From: an uncultured Actinomycetes bacterium
GTDB lineage: Bacteria; Actinomycetota; UBA4738; HRBIN12
Assembly (NCBI GenBank): GCA_963850315.1
Contig: CAWKKN010000007.1
Coordinates: 146,719 to 210,718, forward strand
DNA: 64,000 nt
Reading direction: 5' to 3'
The notes beneath the pieces are model-generated. The model was given only the letters and a program-made list of their open reading frames with translations, was not told the DNA's origin and did no database searches. The first letter of the stretch is position 1. Each line of letters begins with the position of its first letter. A program made the position numbers and the translations under genes. Positions 18,922 through 28,457 of the stretch are shown one piece after another.

Positions 18922-20520
18922 CTACTCGATGTAGCCGAGGCCGCGGAGGTGCTCTTCCATCTCGTCGGCCTCGGTCTCGTTCACCGCGGACTCGCCGCCC
19001 ATTCCGGGGATCGCCATCCCCGGGATCGCAACGGAGGCGGCCGCGGGCTCGCGTTGCGTGATGTGGGCGCTCGAGCCGAGGATCTCCGTCAGCACCCGGC
19101 CCGTGGCCTTGCTCGCGGTGGGTGCGTCGAGCGCGGCGACGATCGTGGGCGCCATGTCGATGAGCGCGGGCGGCTGCTCGAAGGGCCGCACGTTGGGGCC
19201 TACGGCGACGATCGTGCCTTCGATGCGATGGTCCCCGCTCACCCAGTCGGCGTCCTCGAGGGAGGCCTTCGCGTGGGTGAGCGAGTAGCCCTCGGCGGGG
19301 ACCATGAGGATGTCGGGCGCTTTGTCCGCGTAGGCACCCTGGAAGACCTCCTCCCGCTTGTGGATCTCCTTCACCGGCTTCGTGCCGGTCTTGGGATCCA
19401 CGAAGGATCCGAGGCGGTCCATGATGGCGTCCCGCAGCTTGTCGTAGTCACCGGGATCGACGACGCCGTCGACCTCGCGGCCGGCGAGGTTGATGCTGAC
19501 GCCCTCGCCGGTGGAACGGATCGACGTGAAGGCCTTCGTCTTCTGCCAGTTCACCGACTGCGGGAGCGAAACCTTCCCGTGCAGGCCAAGGACGTCGTAC
19601 ACCTTGCGGGCGGCGGTGCGAACCGGGCCCCACTGCATCGGTCCGAAGATGGCGTTGGAGGCAGAGAACTCGAGGAAACCGAAGTCCTTCAGCAGATGAT
19701 CCATGTTGATCGTGCGCGTGCACGACTGGAACCCGTGGTCGGAGATGAACAGGACGGTGTCGTCCTCACTCGCATGGCTCACCATGACGCCGATCGAGTC
19801 GTCGAGCTGGCGGTAGATGTCGGCGACCTTCTTGCCGACGCGGGTGTCCTTGTTCCTCGCGTAGTCCGGGTGGTCGGGGGCGACGTAGTTGCTGAGGGCA
19901 TGCTGGGTGCGATCCACGCTCACCCACACGGACGCCATCAGGTCCCATTCGGTGTGGTCCATGAGCCACTCGGCCGCCTTGATCCGCTTGCCGGTGACCT
20001 CGAACGCTTCGTCGAGATAAGCGTCAGGCTTGTTGCGATAGGTGGTCCAGCTCATGCCGTTGATCGGCCACTCCCGACCGGCCTTCGAAAGGGTGTCCTG
20101 GAGGTCGGCGGGGTGGCTCACGGTGCGGTTCTTGGGAAGCACGCCACCCGCGATCAGGTTCCCGGTGATGTCGGGAGGTGGGAACGTGAGCGGTACGTCC
20201 AGCATGAGGATGTTCTTCTTCGCCGCGGTGAGGTCGTCCAGGAACGTTCGCGCGTGGATCGACTTGTAGGTGACGGGGAACGCCTTGTGGGTACCCGGCA
20301 CCGGCTCGAGGATGTCGAACACGCCGTGATCGACGGGATCGACCCCGGTGAGGAAGGAGGGCCACGCGCTCCATGAGTGTGTGGGGACCGTGGAGCGCAG
20401 GACATCCTTCTGCCCCCTGTCGATGAGCGCCTGAAGGTTCGGCAGGGCGCCCTGCTCGAGCAGAGGGTCGAGGATGCGCCAATCGGCGCCGTCCCAGGCG
20501 ATCAGGATCACTCGTGCCAT
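18922..20520 (-). CDS. Alkaline-phosphatase-superfamily phosphodiesterase/phosphotransferase
   Basis: ILIAWDGADW, STVPTHSWSAWPSFLTG, FISDHGF, GDHR, C-terminal HLRGLGYIE. Confidence 0.85.
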   Translation of the reverse strand: MARVILIAWDGADWRILDPLLEQGALPNLQALIDRGQKDVLRSTVPTHSWSAWPSFLTGVDPVDHGVFDILEPVPGTHKAFPVTYKSIHARTFLDDLTAAKKNILMLDVPLTFPPPDITGNLIAGGVLPKNRTVSHPADLQDTLSKAGREWPINGMSWTTYRNKPDAYLDEAFEVTGKRIKAAEWLMDHTEWDLMASVWVSVDRTQHALSNYVAPDHPDYARNKDTRVGKKVADIYRQLDDSIGVMVSHASEDDTVLFISDHGFQSCTRTINMDHLLKDFGFLEFSASNAIFGPMQWGPVRTAARKVYDVLGLHGKVSLPQSVNWQKTKAFTSIRSTGEGVSINLAGREVDGVVDPGDYDKLRDAIMDRLGSFVDPKTGTKPVKEIHKREEVFQGAYADKAPDILMVPAEGYSLTHAKASLEDADWVSGDHRIEGTIVAVGPNVRPFEQPPALIDMAPTIVAALDAPTASKATGRVLTEILGSSAHITQREPAAASVAIPGMAIPGMGGESAVNETEADEMEEHLRGLGYIE

Positions 20521-20567
20521 GGATCAACGACTCCGCGGGTCGGGAACGAGTGGGAGTGTACCGAACC

Positions 20568-22559
20568 CTATTCGGCCCACATCCGAGGCGACCCCGTCGT
20601 ACGCCCCTCGCGCAGGTGCCGGTCGAACCAATCCTGCGTCCGGCGGATCGCGTCGAGCGCGTGAGCGCGCTCGAGCGGGACGTGACCCTCGCGCGGATAC
20701 ACCACGAGCTCCACCTCGGTTCCCGTCTCCGCGATCGCGCTGAAGAGCTCCTGGGCCTGGCTCACCGGAGTGCAGCGATCCTCCGCTCCCTGAAGGATCA
20801 AGGTGGGCGTCGTGCACCGATGCGCGTGCGTGACCGGCGACCGATCCGCGTACTGGCTCGCCGGGTCGTCCCAGTCGCCCTCCAGGATGGTGTGGTCGTA
20901 CCACCACACCTCCGAGGTGAGGTGGAACGACACGTAGTTCGACACCACGGACATGGCCACGGCGGCGGCGAACCGATCCGTCTGCCCCACGGCCCAGCCC
21001 GCCATGTAGCCGCCGTAGGAAAGGCCCGAGATCCCGAGCCGCTCCGGGTCCGCGACACCCTGAGCGATACAGTCGTCGACGCCGGCCATGATGTCGCGGA
21101 AGTCGATGCCGCCGCCGTCGCCGATGACACCTTGCGCGAACGCGTGCCCGCGGCCGATGCTTCCTCGCGGGTTCGGCTGCAGGCACGCGTAACCCGCCGA
21201 CGACAGCAGCACGGCGTTCGGCTCGGAGTCCGAGAAGTACGCGCCCCAGTTCCACGTGGGCCCTCCGTGCACGCACACGATGAGTGGCAGCGGGCCGTGG
21301 GCGCCGTGCGGCGTCATCAATCGACCCTCGATCTCCACGCCGCCCTCGCCCATCCACCGGATGGTGCGCACATCGGGGAACACCCGTCCTCGCGCGATGG
21401 CGTCGTTGAACGACGTGCGCCGAACCCAGGCGCCGCTCGCATGATCGAATCGGGCCAGCTCCGGCGGGCGACCGTGCGCTTGGTGCGTGGTCCAGATGTC
21501 CGCCGCGCCCTCGGCGATCGCGCACGCAGGTGTCGTGATGGCGTCACCGATGAAGGCGTCGTCCCGCCAAGGCTCCTCCTGCCGCCCGTCGAGCCAGATG
21601 CGGCCGCAGGCGTTGCCGGTCCCGTCGGTCCGTGCGTACCACAGGGATCCCTCGTCACACCAGTCGACCCGGCCGACCGTCTGCAACGTCGGCCACGGGT
21701 CGGTCGTCGCCCCGGTCGCGAGGTCGATCAGCATGACGCTTCCCGAGAGGAGCCCGTGGTCGCTCGCGTACCCCTCCACCACCGCGGCGCGATCCGCGTC
21801 CGGTGACAACGCCAACCCCTCCGTCTGCCACGCGGGCTCGTACACGGTCTGGGCCGTACGCGCCGTCAGATCCAGCCGGGCGACCACCCCCTGGTACCAG
21901 CCCGACCCCGTGTGATCCTCGGACACGATCGCCACGACGGTGTCGGCACCGTCCCAGTCCGCCTCCCACACGCTGAGGTCGGGCGGACCGCTCTGGGTCA
22001 CCTCGCCCGAGGTGAGGTCGATCAGGAACAACCGTCGCCTAGCGTCCCCGCGACGGCGGACGATGGGATCGGGATCCGGGCCGGCGCCCTTCACGGCGCG
22101 CGCGCTCCAATCGATCCCGTAGGAGCCGGGATCCGCGGCGACCACGAGCAGACGGCGGCCGTCGCTCGACCAGGCCACGCTCTCCGCAGATCCCCTCAGC
22201 GTCGCCGCCGGGGCCGCCTCGCCGCCCTCGGCAGCCATCGTGTACGGAAGGTGGTGGCCCGGGGTGAGCCGATCGGAAAGGAACGCCAAACGCGCGCCGT
22301 TGGGCGACCATGCCGGCGTCACGTCGCTGGACGGTCCCCTCGTGAGCTGCAGGGCCTCAGCCCCGCCACCGGTTCCCACGACCCAAAGATCGCTCGGCAC
22401 GAACGAGCCGTGGTCGGCGACCGTGGCGTTCAGCGCGAACGCGATCCAACGTCCGTCCGGCGACAGCGCCAGCTCTGCCGGGGTCCGGACGTCGAGGAGA
22501 AGCTCCGGCGTAAGGACGAGGCGCTCGGGCGCGGGATCCATCGGCGCGTATCTTGCCAT
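20568..22559 (-). CDS. S9-family serine peptidase (beta-propeller plus alpha/beta hydrolase)
   Basis: WSPNG/WSSDG propeller repeats; VHGGPT, GLSYGG (Ser), EDRC (Asp), EGH (His). Confidence 0.9.
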   Translation of the reverse strand: MARYAPMDPAPERLVLTPELLLDVRTPAELALSPDGRWIAFALNATVADHGSFVPSDLWVVGTGGGAEALQLTRGPSSDVTPAWSPNGARLAFLSDRLTPGHHLPYTMAAEGGEAAPAATLRGSAESVAWSSDGRRLLVVAADPGSYGIDWSARAVKGAGPDPDPIVRRRGDARRRLFLIDLTSGEVTQSGPPDLSVWEADWDGADTVVAIVSEDHTGSGWYQGVVARLDLTARTAQTVYEPAWQTEGLALSPDADRAAVVEGYASDHGLLSGSVMLIDLATGATTDPWPTLQTVGRVDWCDEGSLWYARTDGTGNACGRIWLDGRQEEPWRDDAFIGDAITTPACAIAEGAADIWTTHQAHGRPPELARFDHASGAWVRRTSFNDAIARGRVFPDVRTIRWMGEGGVEIEGRLMTPHGAHGPLPLIVCVHGGPTWNWGAYFSDSEPNAVLLSSAGYACLQPNPRGSIGRGHAFAQGVIGDGGGIDFRDIMAGVDDCIAQGVADPERLGISGLSYGGYMAGWAVGQTDRFAAAVAMSVVSNYVSFHLTSEVWWYDHTILEGDWDDPASQYADRSPVTHAHRCTTPTLILQGAEDRCTPVSQAQELFSAIAETGTEVELVVYPREGHVPLERAHALDAIRRTQDWFDRHLREGRTTGSPRMWAE

Positions 22560-22609
22560 CAGCCCGGCCGATCGAGTGATCGGTTCCGTCTGGCCGAGGG
22601 CCTCCGCGC

Positions 22610-22990
22610 TCAGCCGGCGGGTGAGAACAGGCCGACCACGTTGCCCTCGCTGTCCCTGAAGTACGCGAACGCGCCCATGCCCGGGATGGGTGTGTTGGGG
22701 GTGACGACGCTGCCGCCGGCGTCCTCGATCTTCTTCAACGAGTCGTCGATCGACTCGACGCCGATCGTGATCACCGGATGCGGCGTCGCCGCGGACCGGT
22801 GCATCAAGCCACCGTTGATCGCGCCGGCCTCCGCCGGCCGCTGCGTCTTCTCGTCGACCGCCGTGGTGATCGCGAGCGTGTAGTCCATCCCCTCCACCAC
22901 GGGCAGCTGCCAGCCGAACGCCGCGCCGTAGAACTCCCTGGCCCTGGCGACATCGTCGGTGGGGATCTCGAAGTGCACGACGCCGTCCAT
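22610..22990 (-). CDS. VOC/glyoxalase family protein
   Basis: VVHFEIPTDDVARAREFY...FAYFRDSEGNVVGL; RBS GGAGGGAG. Confidence 0.88.
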   Translation of the reverse strand: MDGVVHFEIPTDDVARAREFYGAAFGWQLPVVEGMDYTLAITTAVDEKTQRPAEAGAINGGLMHRSAATPHPVITIGVESIDDSLKKIEDAGGSVVTPNTPIPGMGAFAYFRDSEGNVVGLFSPAG

Positions 22991-23112
22991 GGTCGCTCTC
23001 CCTCCGATAGCGGATGCTCGAGGAAGCAGACTAATCCTTGGATCACAACAACGAGTCCGACCCGGGTGAGGGAGAACGACCAAGGGATCGGACGGAACTC
23101 GGAGGTGATCGC

Positions 23113-23910
23113 ATGAACGACGTCAGGTCGAAGGACGGCACCACGATCGCGGTCGATCGATCGGGTAAGGGGACGCCGATCGTCCTCGTGGCGGGCGCCT
23201 TGAGCGATCGACGGGCGGCCGCGCCTCTGGCCGCGCTCCTGGCACGCCATTTCACGGTGATCGCCTACGACCGCCGGGGTCGGGGCGACAGCGGCGACGC
23301 GCCGCCCTACGCCGTCGAACGGGAGATCGAGGACATCGACGCCCTCATCGCCGAGGTGGGCGGATCGGCGTTCGCCTTCGGCCACTCGTCGGGGGCGGCG
23401 CTCACACTCGAGGCGGCGGCTCGCGGCACGGCCCTCACCAAGCTCGCGTTGTACGAGCCTCCGTTCATCGTCGACGACAGCCGTCCTGCACTGCCCGACG
23501 AATACCTCCAGCACCTTGCCGAGCTGGTGTCGTCGGGTCACCGGGGGGACGCCGTCGCGTACTTCATGACGACCGGTGTCGGCGTGCCCGAGGACACGGT
23601 CGCCCAGATGCGGAGGTCGCCGATGTGGCCGGCGATGGAGGGACTCGCTCACACGCTCCCCTACGACGGAGCCGTCATGGGGGACAACATGTCGGGCATG
23701 CCGTTGCCGGCCGATCGGTGGGCCTCCGTCAGGGCCCCCACGCTCGTGATGGACGGCGGAGCCAGCCCCGCGTGGGCACGCAACGCCGTTCAAGCGCTCG
23801 TGGATGTCCTTCCCGACGCGCGGCGCCGAACCCTGGAAGGGCAGGACCACGGGGCGGCCCCGGAGGTCGTGGCTCCTGTGCTGGAGGGATTCTTCGGGCT
23901 TGCCACGTGA
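23113..23910 (+). CDS. Alpha/beta hydrolase
   Basis: SKDGTTIA, YDRRGRGDS, FGHSSGA, GQDHG; RBS GGAGG. Confidence 0.9.
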   Translation: MNDVRSKDGTTIAVDRSGKGTPIVLVAGALSDRRAAAPLAALLARHFTVIAYDRRGRGDSGDAPPYAVEREIEDIDALIAEVGGSAFAFGHSSGAALTLEAAARGTALTKLALYEPPFIVDDSRPALPDEYLQHLAELVSSGHRGDAVAYFMTTGVGVPEDTVAQMRRSPMWPAMEGLAHTLPYDGAVMGDNMSGMPLPADRWASVRAPTLVMDGGASPAWARNAVQALVDVLPDARRRTLEGQDHGAAPEVVAPVLEGFFGLAT

Positions 23911-23977
23911 CCATTCGGTCATCTCCGCGAACGGCTTCACGCCCCCTTCGTTCGTGACCTTACGCGGCGGCTCCCCA

Positions 23978-25132
23978 TCAGGAGCTCGGCGCGGCGTGTC
24001 GCAGTGCCCAGGTCAGCGCGTAGTCGGCGGCCTCTTCCCATCCGTCCTGGCCGCAGGTGGAGGGGGAGCGACCCGGGTACTCCCACCCAAGCTCGCTTCG
24101 CGCCGAGCAACCTCGGCCCGCACCACAGGGCGCCACCTCCGTCCCGAGCAGCTCGATCGACCGCATGATCCTGGGATGCGGCATCGTGCCGACCGTGAAC
24201 TGCACCAGGAACCGCTCGTGACGGAAGATGTCGTACTGGAACAGGATCTTCTCGATCACCTGGGCCGGGGATCCCACGAAGTTCGCGCCGCGCAGCGTCG
24301 ACGCTGCGTCGTACTGATCACGCGTCATCGGCTGCCAACCACGCTCGCGGCCGATCTTGTTCATCATCGACGCGGCGTAGGGGAACGACTCGTCGAGGGC
24401 CTGCTGCGAGGTCCCCGCGACGTAGCCGTGCGAGTTGATGCTGAGCGCCGGGACAGGATCGTGGCCCGCCTGTCGCGCCGCGTCGCGGTGCAGGTCGGCG
24501 AACGGCGCGAAGCGCTCGGGCAAGCCGCCGATGATCGCGAGCGCCATCGGCAGCCCGAGGGTCCCCGCACGGAAGGCAGACTCCGGCGCGCCGCCGACGG
24601 CGACCCAGATCGGCAGCGTCTCCTGCAGCGGGCGCGGGTACACGCCCTGGCCATCCAGCGGCGGCCGGTGGCTGCCGGACCACCGCACGTGCTCGTCCTC
24701 GCGAAGCTTCATCAGGAGCTGCAGCTTCTCGGCGAAGAGGTCGTCGTAGTCGCTCAGGTCGTAGCCGAACAGCGGGAACGATTCCACGAACGAGCCACGG
24801 CCCGCCATGATCTCGGCCCGGCCACCCGACAGCAGGTCGAGCGTCGCGAAGTCCTGGAACACGCGCACCGGGTCGTCGGAGCTGATGACCGAGACCGCGC
24901 TCGTGAGTCGGATCGCCTTGGTTCGCTCGGCGGCGGCGGCGAGCGCCACGGCCGGTGCCGAGACGATGAGGTCGGGACGGTGATGCTCCCCCACGCCGAA
25001 GACGTCCAGGCCCACCTGGTCGGCCAGCTCGGCCTCCTCGATGAGGTCCCGCATCCGCTGCTGCGGGCTGATCGTGTGCCCGTCGAGGGGGTCTTCCTGC
25101 AGCTCGGCGAACGTGTAGATCCCGAGCTCCAT
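23978..25132 (-). CDS. LLM-class flavin-dependent oxidoreductase; probable +1 frameshift near 24129 (corrected stop at 24013)
   Basis: [46 protein letters not shown]; deleting one base restores [13 protein letters not shown]. Confidence 0.88.
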   Translation of the reverse strand: MELGIYTFAELQEDPLDGHTISPQQRMRDLIEEAELADQVGLDVFGVGEHHRPDLIVSAPAVALAAAAERTKAIRLTSAVSVISSDDPVRVFQDFATLDLLSGGRAEIMAGRGSFVESFPLFGYDLSDYDDLFAEKLQLLMKLREDEHVRWSGSHRPPLDGQGVYPRPLQETLPIWVAVGGAPESAFRAGTLGLPMALAIIGGLPERFAPFADLHRDAARQAGHDPVPALSINSHGYVAGTSQQALDESFPYAASMMNKIGRERGWQPMTRDQYDAASTLRGANFVGSPAQVIEKILFQYDIFRHERFLVQFTVGTMPHPRIMRSIELLGTEVAPCGAGRGCSARSELGWEYPGRSPSTCGQDGWEEAADYALTWALRHAAPSS

Positions 25133-25142
25133 CGCGTGGATC

Positions 25143-26396
25143 TCAGGCGGCGCGGTCGCCGCGCGCCTTCCCGATCGCGATCCTCGCGAACCCCCGCAAC
25201 CCGATCACCCTGCGAAGGTTAGCGGGCTTGAAGTAGTCGCGGACCGGCAACGCACCCGTCATGACCCCCAGGAACCGTTCGGTCTCCGCCGGGTTCCCTG
25301 CCAGCGCCTGGAAGAGCACCCGTTGTTCGGCTCTCTGCGGCCCCAACGACGCGATCTCCCTCGTGAACTCCCACATCGGGATGCGGTCATGGTCGCGTAC
25401 CGCCCGGAAACCGGCGAGGGCGTCGTCGAGAGGGCGGGCGCCGCCGAGCCCGGCCGTCACCGCCTCGGCGAGCAGCTCGGCGTCGCGCATGGCGTGGCCG
25501 ATCCCCTGGCCCGTGATCGGATCCATGACCACGCCCGCGTCGCCCACCAGCGCCCATCCGGGTCCGTACGGCACCCTGATCGCGTTCGGCACGTCGGGCG
25601 TCGCCCGGACCCGCTCGACACGCTCGGCGGCGTGAACGCGATCGCCGAGCCCTGCGGCCTCCAATGTCGCCACCAGGTTCCCCTCGATGTCGGACCGCAA
25701 CGTCTCGAACCTCTCGATCGGCCACGCCACGTAGCTCATCGTGAGCTCGTCGTTCGTCGGCCACAGGCCCACCGCCTGCCGGTCGCGTTGATAGAGCTCG
25801 CCACCATCGGTAGGAAGGCCGCTCCAATACGTGTAGGCGGCGACCGTGCTCGGCGGCTCCTCGCGCTCCACCGTGGCGTCAACGGCCCGGGCCACGATCG
25901 AATGCTTGCCGTCCGCGCCCACGACCAGCGACGAGCGCTCCGTTACCAGCGGGCCGTTAGCCTCGCGTCCACGGATCCCGATGACGCGGCCATCCTGCAC
26001 CACCAGCTCATCGACCGTGAACCGCTCCCGCGCCTCGGCGCCCGCCGCCCGCGCGGCGTCCAGCAGGCCGGCGTCCAGCAGCGTGCGGCGTGGGCTGAAG
26101 ACCGCGTCGACATCCTCGAACGAGGGGAATCGTCCTTCGAGCACGGCGATCGGCGTGTCGAACCGCACGTTCTGCGCCGCCGGCGTGCCGGCGTCCTCGA
26201 TCGCCTCCAGCAGGCCCCACCGCTTCAGCGCGGCCACGCCGGGCAGCTGGACCTGGTGCGTGGACATGGTGTCGGACGGGAAGCTCGCGCGGTCCACCAC
26301 CAGCACGTGCAGACCGCTGCGCGCAAGGAGCATCGCGGTCGAGGACCCCGCCACCCTCGCCCCGACGACGATCACGTCGTAGCTGCTGTGCGTCAT
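25143..26396 (-). CDS. FAD/NAD(P)-dependent oxidoreductase (monooxygenase/reductase superfamily)
   Basis: [35 protein letters not shown]; ATGA overlap with the upstream TetR. Confidence 0.88.
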   Translation of the reverse strand: MTHSSYDVIVVGARVAGSSTAMLLARSGLHVLVVDRASFPSDTMSTHQVQLPGVAALKRWGLLEAIEDAGTPAAQNVRFDTPIAVLEGRFPSFEDVDAVFSPRRTLLDAGLLDAARAAGAEARERFTVDELVVQDGRVIGIRGREANGPLVTERSSLVVGADGKHSIVARAVDATVEREEPPSTVAAYTYWSGLPTDGGELYQRDRQAVGLWPTNDELTMSYVAWPIERFETLRSDIEGNLVATLEAAGLGDRVHAAERVERVRATPDVPNAIRVPYGPGWALVGDAGVVMDPITGQGIGHAMRDAELLAEAVTAGLGGARPLDDALAGFRAVRDHDRIPMWEFTREIASLGPQRAEQRVLFQALAGNPAETERFLGVMTGALPVRDYFKPANLRRVIGLRGFARIAIGKARGDRAA

Positions 26397-27019
26397 CGTT
26401 CCTCTCCTCCCTCCGGGCGCACGGTCGTCGCCGCGCGCACGAACGCGATCAGGGACTCCACCCTTCGTTCGAGCCCGCCGTCCCCCAGCTGCTCGGTCAG
26501 CGTCTGCATCCCGACGAACGCGCCGACGCAGATCTCGGCCATCTCGTCGGGGTCGAGGGACGACCGGATCGATCCCTCCGCCTGCGCCTCGCGGAACTGG
26601 TCCGCCGTGGCTTCGATCCCGATCCGGATGGATCCGCACACCTCGTCGCGAAGCGCGGCGTCCCGGGACAGCTCATCCACCAGCTTGCGGAGCCTCGCGG
26701 GTCCCTGCCCTCGCGCCGTCGTCCGAGCGAGGATCCGCGGAACGGCGAACAACCGATCGATCGCTCGCGGGTGCCGGCCCGCCTCGGCCATGACGCCGCC
26801 GAACCAGCGCTCGTTCTGATCTGCGATCACGGCGAGCGCCAGCGCCTGCTTGGACGGGAAATGGAAGTAGAAGCCGCCCTTCGTGAGGCCCGACGCCGCG
26901 ATGATCCGGTTCAGCGAGGCGCCCGCGTAGCCACCGTCGGCGAAGACCGGGGCGGCCGCGTCCAAGATCGCACGGCGTGAACGATCCGCGCGGTCCTGGC
27001 TCGCCTCAGGCTGCTGCAT
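26393..27019 (-). CDS. TetR-family regulator, ScbR/ArpA-like
   Basis: QDRADRSRRAILDAAAPVFADGGY...GLTKGGFYFHFPSKQALA; C-term AREAQAEG-type helix, VGAFVGMQ. Confidence 0.88.
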   Translation of the reverse strand: MQQPEASQDRADRSRRAILDAAAPVFADGGYAGASLNRIIAASGLTKGGFYFHFPSKQALALAVIADQNERWFGGVMAEAGRHPRAIDRLFAVPRILARTTARGQGPARLRKLVDELSRDAALRDEVCGSIRIGIEATADQFREAQAEGSIRSSLDPDEMAEICVGAFVGMQTLTEQLGDGGLERRVESLIAFVRAATTVRPEGGEER

Positions 27020-27047
27020 CCCATCGCTCCCGCATCGGTGCTGCGTG

Positions 27048-27077
27048 AGCGTACAAACCGACCGGTCGGTTTGTCAA
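27048..27077 (-). promoter_or_regulatory. Housekeeping-sigma promoter with a perfect 22-bp palindromic operator in the spacer
   Basis: Minus strand TTGACA (27077-72)-N18-TACGCT (27053-48); ACAAACCGACCGGTCGGTTTGT at 27053-27074. Confidence 0.85.
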
Positions 27078-27152
27078 CTCGCGAGACGCCCTTCAGCGAG
27101 CCGGGCGGCAGGTTCGGGCGTTACCGGGACGTCGTCAGGTACGAACGAGTCA

Positions 27153-27830
27153 TCACCGGTCGTCGCTCCTGACGCCGAGCTCGTCGAGGTGGGCGAGCAG
27201 GTCGGCGGGGTCCTGGTAGACGCGGTAGGCGCCCGCGCGTTGCAGCTCCTCCTCGCCGTAGCCGCCGGAGAGGAGTCCCACGCTGAGCGCCCGGGCCCGA
27301 CGGGCCGCCAGCAGATCCCACACGCTGTCGCCCACCACCACGGAGTCCTCGATGTCGACGCCCAGCCGCTCCGCCGCCTTCAGGAACAGATCCGGATCCG
27401 GTTTCGCGTGTTCCACGAGGTCGCGCGTCACGATCGGCACCCCCTCAGGCACCTGCAGCATCTCGATCGTGGGACCCGCACTCTCCGCGTACCCGCTCGT
27501 GGCGATCGACCACTGGACACCGAGCTCGGTGAGGCGCTCGAGCAACTCCACCGCGCCTGGTAAGGGCCGGACCTGGTCGAGCCACCGGCCGTACGCCTCG
27601 GCGTGGAAGCGGCGCAGGCGGGCGGCGTCCTCAGGAGTTACCGCCCGCCCGGTCTCCCGCAGCATCGCGTTGGCGAGCAGCCCGCCGCTCATCCCGATCT
27701 TTCGGTGGATCCGCCACACGGACAGGCGGATCCCGTCACGGTCGAGCGCCTCCTGCCACGCCAGCACGTGGTGGTACACGCTGTCGACGAGGGTCCCGTC
27801 GAGGTCGAACAGGAACGCGGGGCCACTCAT
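27153..27830 (-). CDS. HAD-family hydrolase (subfamily IA)
   Basis: FDLDGTLVDS, ATSG, KPDPDLF, VVGDSVWD; RBS GGAGGAG. Confidence 0.9.
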   Translation of the reverse strand: MSGPAFLFDLDGTLVDSVYHHVLAWQEALDRDGIRLSVWRIHRKIGMSGGLLANAMLRETGRAVTPEDAARLRRFHAEAYGRWLDQVRPLPGAVELLERLTELGVQWSIATSGYAESAGPTIEMLQVPEGVPIVTRDLVEHAKPDPDLFLKAAERLGVDIEDSVVVGDSVWDLLAARRARALSVGLLSGGYGEEELQRAGAYRVYQDPADLLAHLDELGVRSDDR

Positions 27831-27923
27831 CGTCTCCTCCTCGCGACGCCGCATCGGAAGCCGTGTCACGTTACTCGACAGGGAGCGACGGCCGTGTCCG
27901 GGACGCGTGGGACGATGACATCC

Positions 27924-28415
27924 ATGGCGACGTGGGACGAGGTGATGCGTGCGGCTCCCGACCTCGCCGCATCCGCGCGGGAGCGGTTCGACGCGCACCG
28001 GCACCAGATCCTTGCGACGGTGCGGCACGGCGGCGCGCCGAGAGTCAGCGGCGTCGAGACGACGTTTGCCCGCGGCGAGCTCTGGCTCGGGATGATGCCC
28101 GGGTCGCGGAAGGGCGCCGACCTCCGTCGGGACCCCAGGATGGCGCTTCACACGTCGAGTTCCGATCCGGATGACGCGCAGCCCTCCGACTGGCCGGGGG
28201 ACGCGAAGATCGCCGGTTCCGTGGCCGAGGTGCAGGACCCGGCTTCACAGGCGCTCTTCGTCGAGGCGCAGCCGCAGACGCCTCCCGGTGCCTTCGATCT
28301 CTTCCTGGTCGACATCACCGAGCTCACGGTGATCAGGGTGGGCGAGCCGGCCGACCACCTGGTGATCGAGACGTGGAGCCAGGGCCGGGGGACGCAGCGC
28401 ATCGAGCGGCGGTGA
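27924..28415 (+). CDS. Pyridoxamine 5'-phosphate oxidase-like flavin-binding protein
   Basis: LATVRHGGAPRVSGVE, SRKGADLRRDPRMALH. Confidence 0.8.
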   Translation: MATWDEVMRAAPDLAASARERFDAHRHQILATVRHGGAPRVSGVETTFARGELWLGMMPGSRKGADLRRDPRMALHTSSSDPDDAQPSDWPGDAKIAGSVAEVQDPASQALFVEAQPQTPPGAFDLFLVDITELTVIRVGEPADHLVIETWSQGRGTQRIERR

Positions 28416-28457
28416 GACGGAGCCCGGCGCGTGGGCGCCTCCCCCTATGCTTGCCGG

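Noticed and set aside
19000-19030. AIPGM-AIPGM duplication in the AlkP C-terminal linker
   Set aside because: Short in-frame duplication in a low-complexity linker; no evident significance
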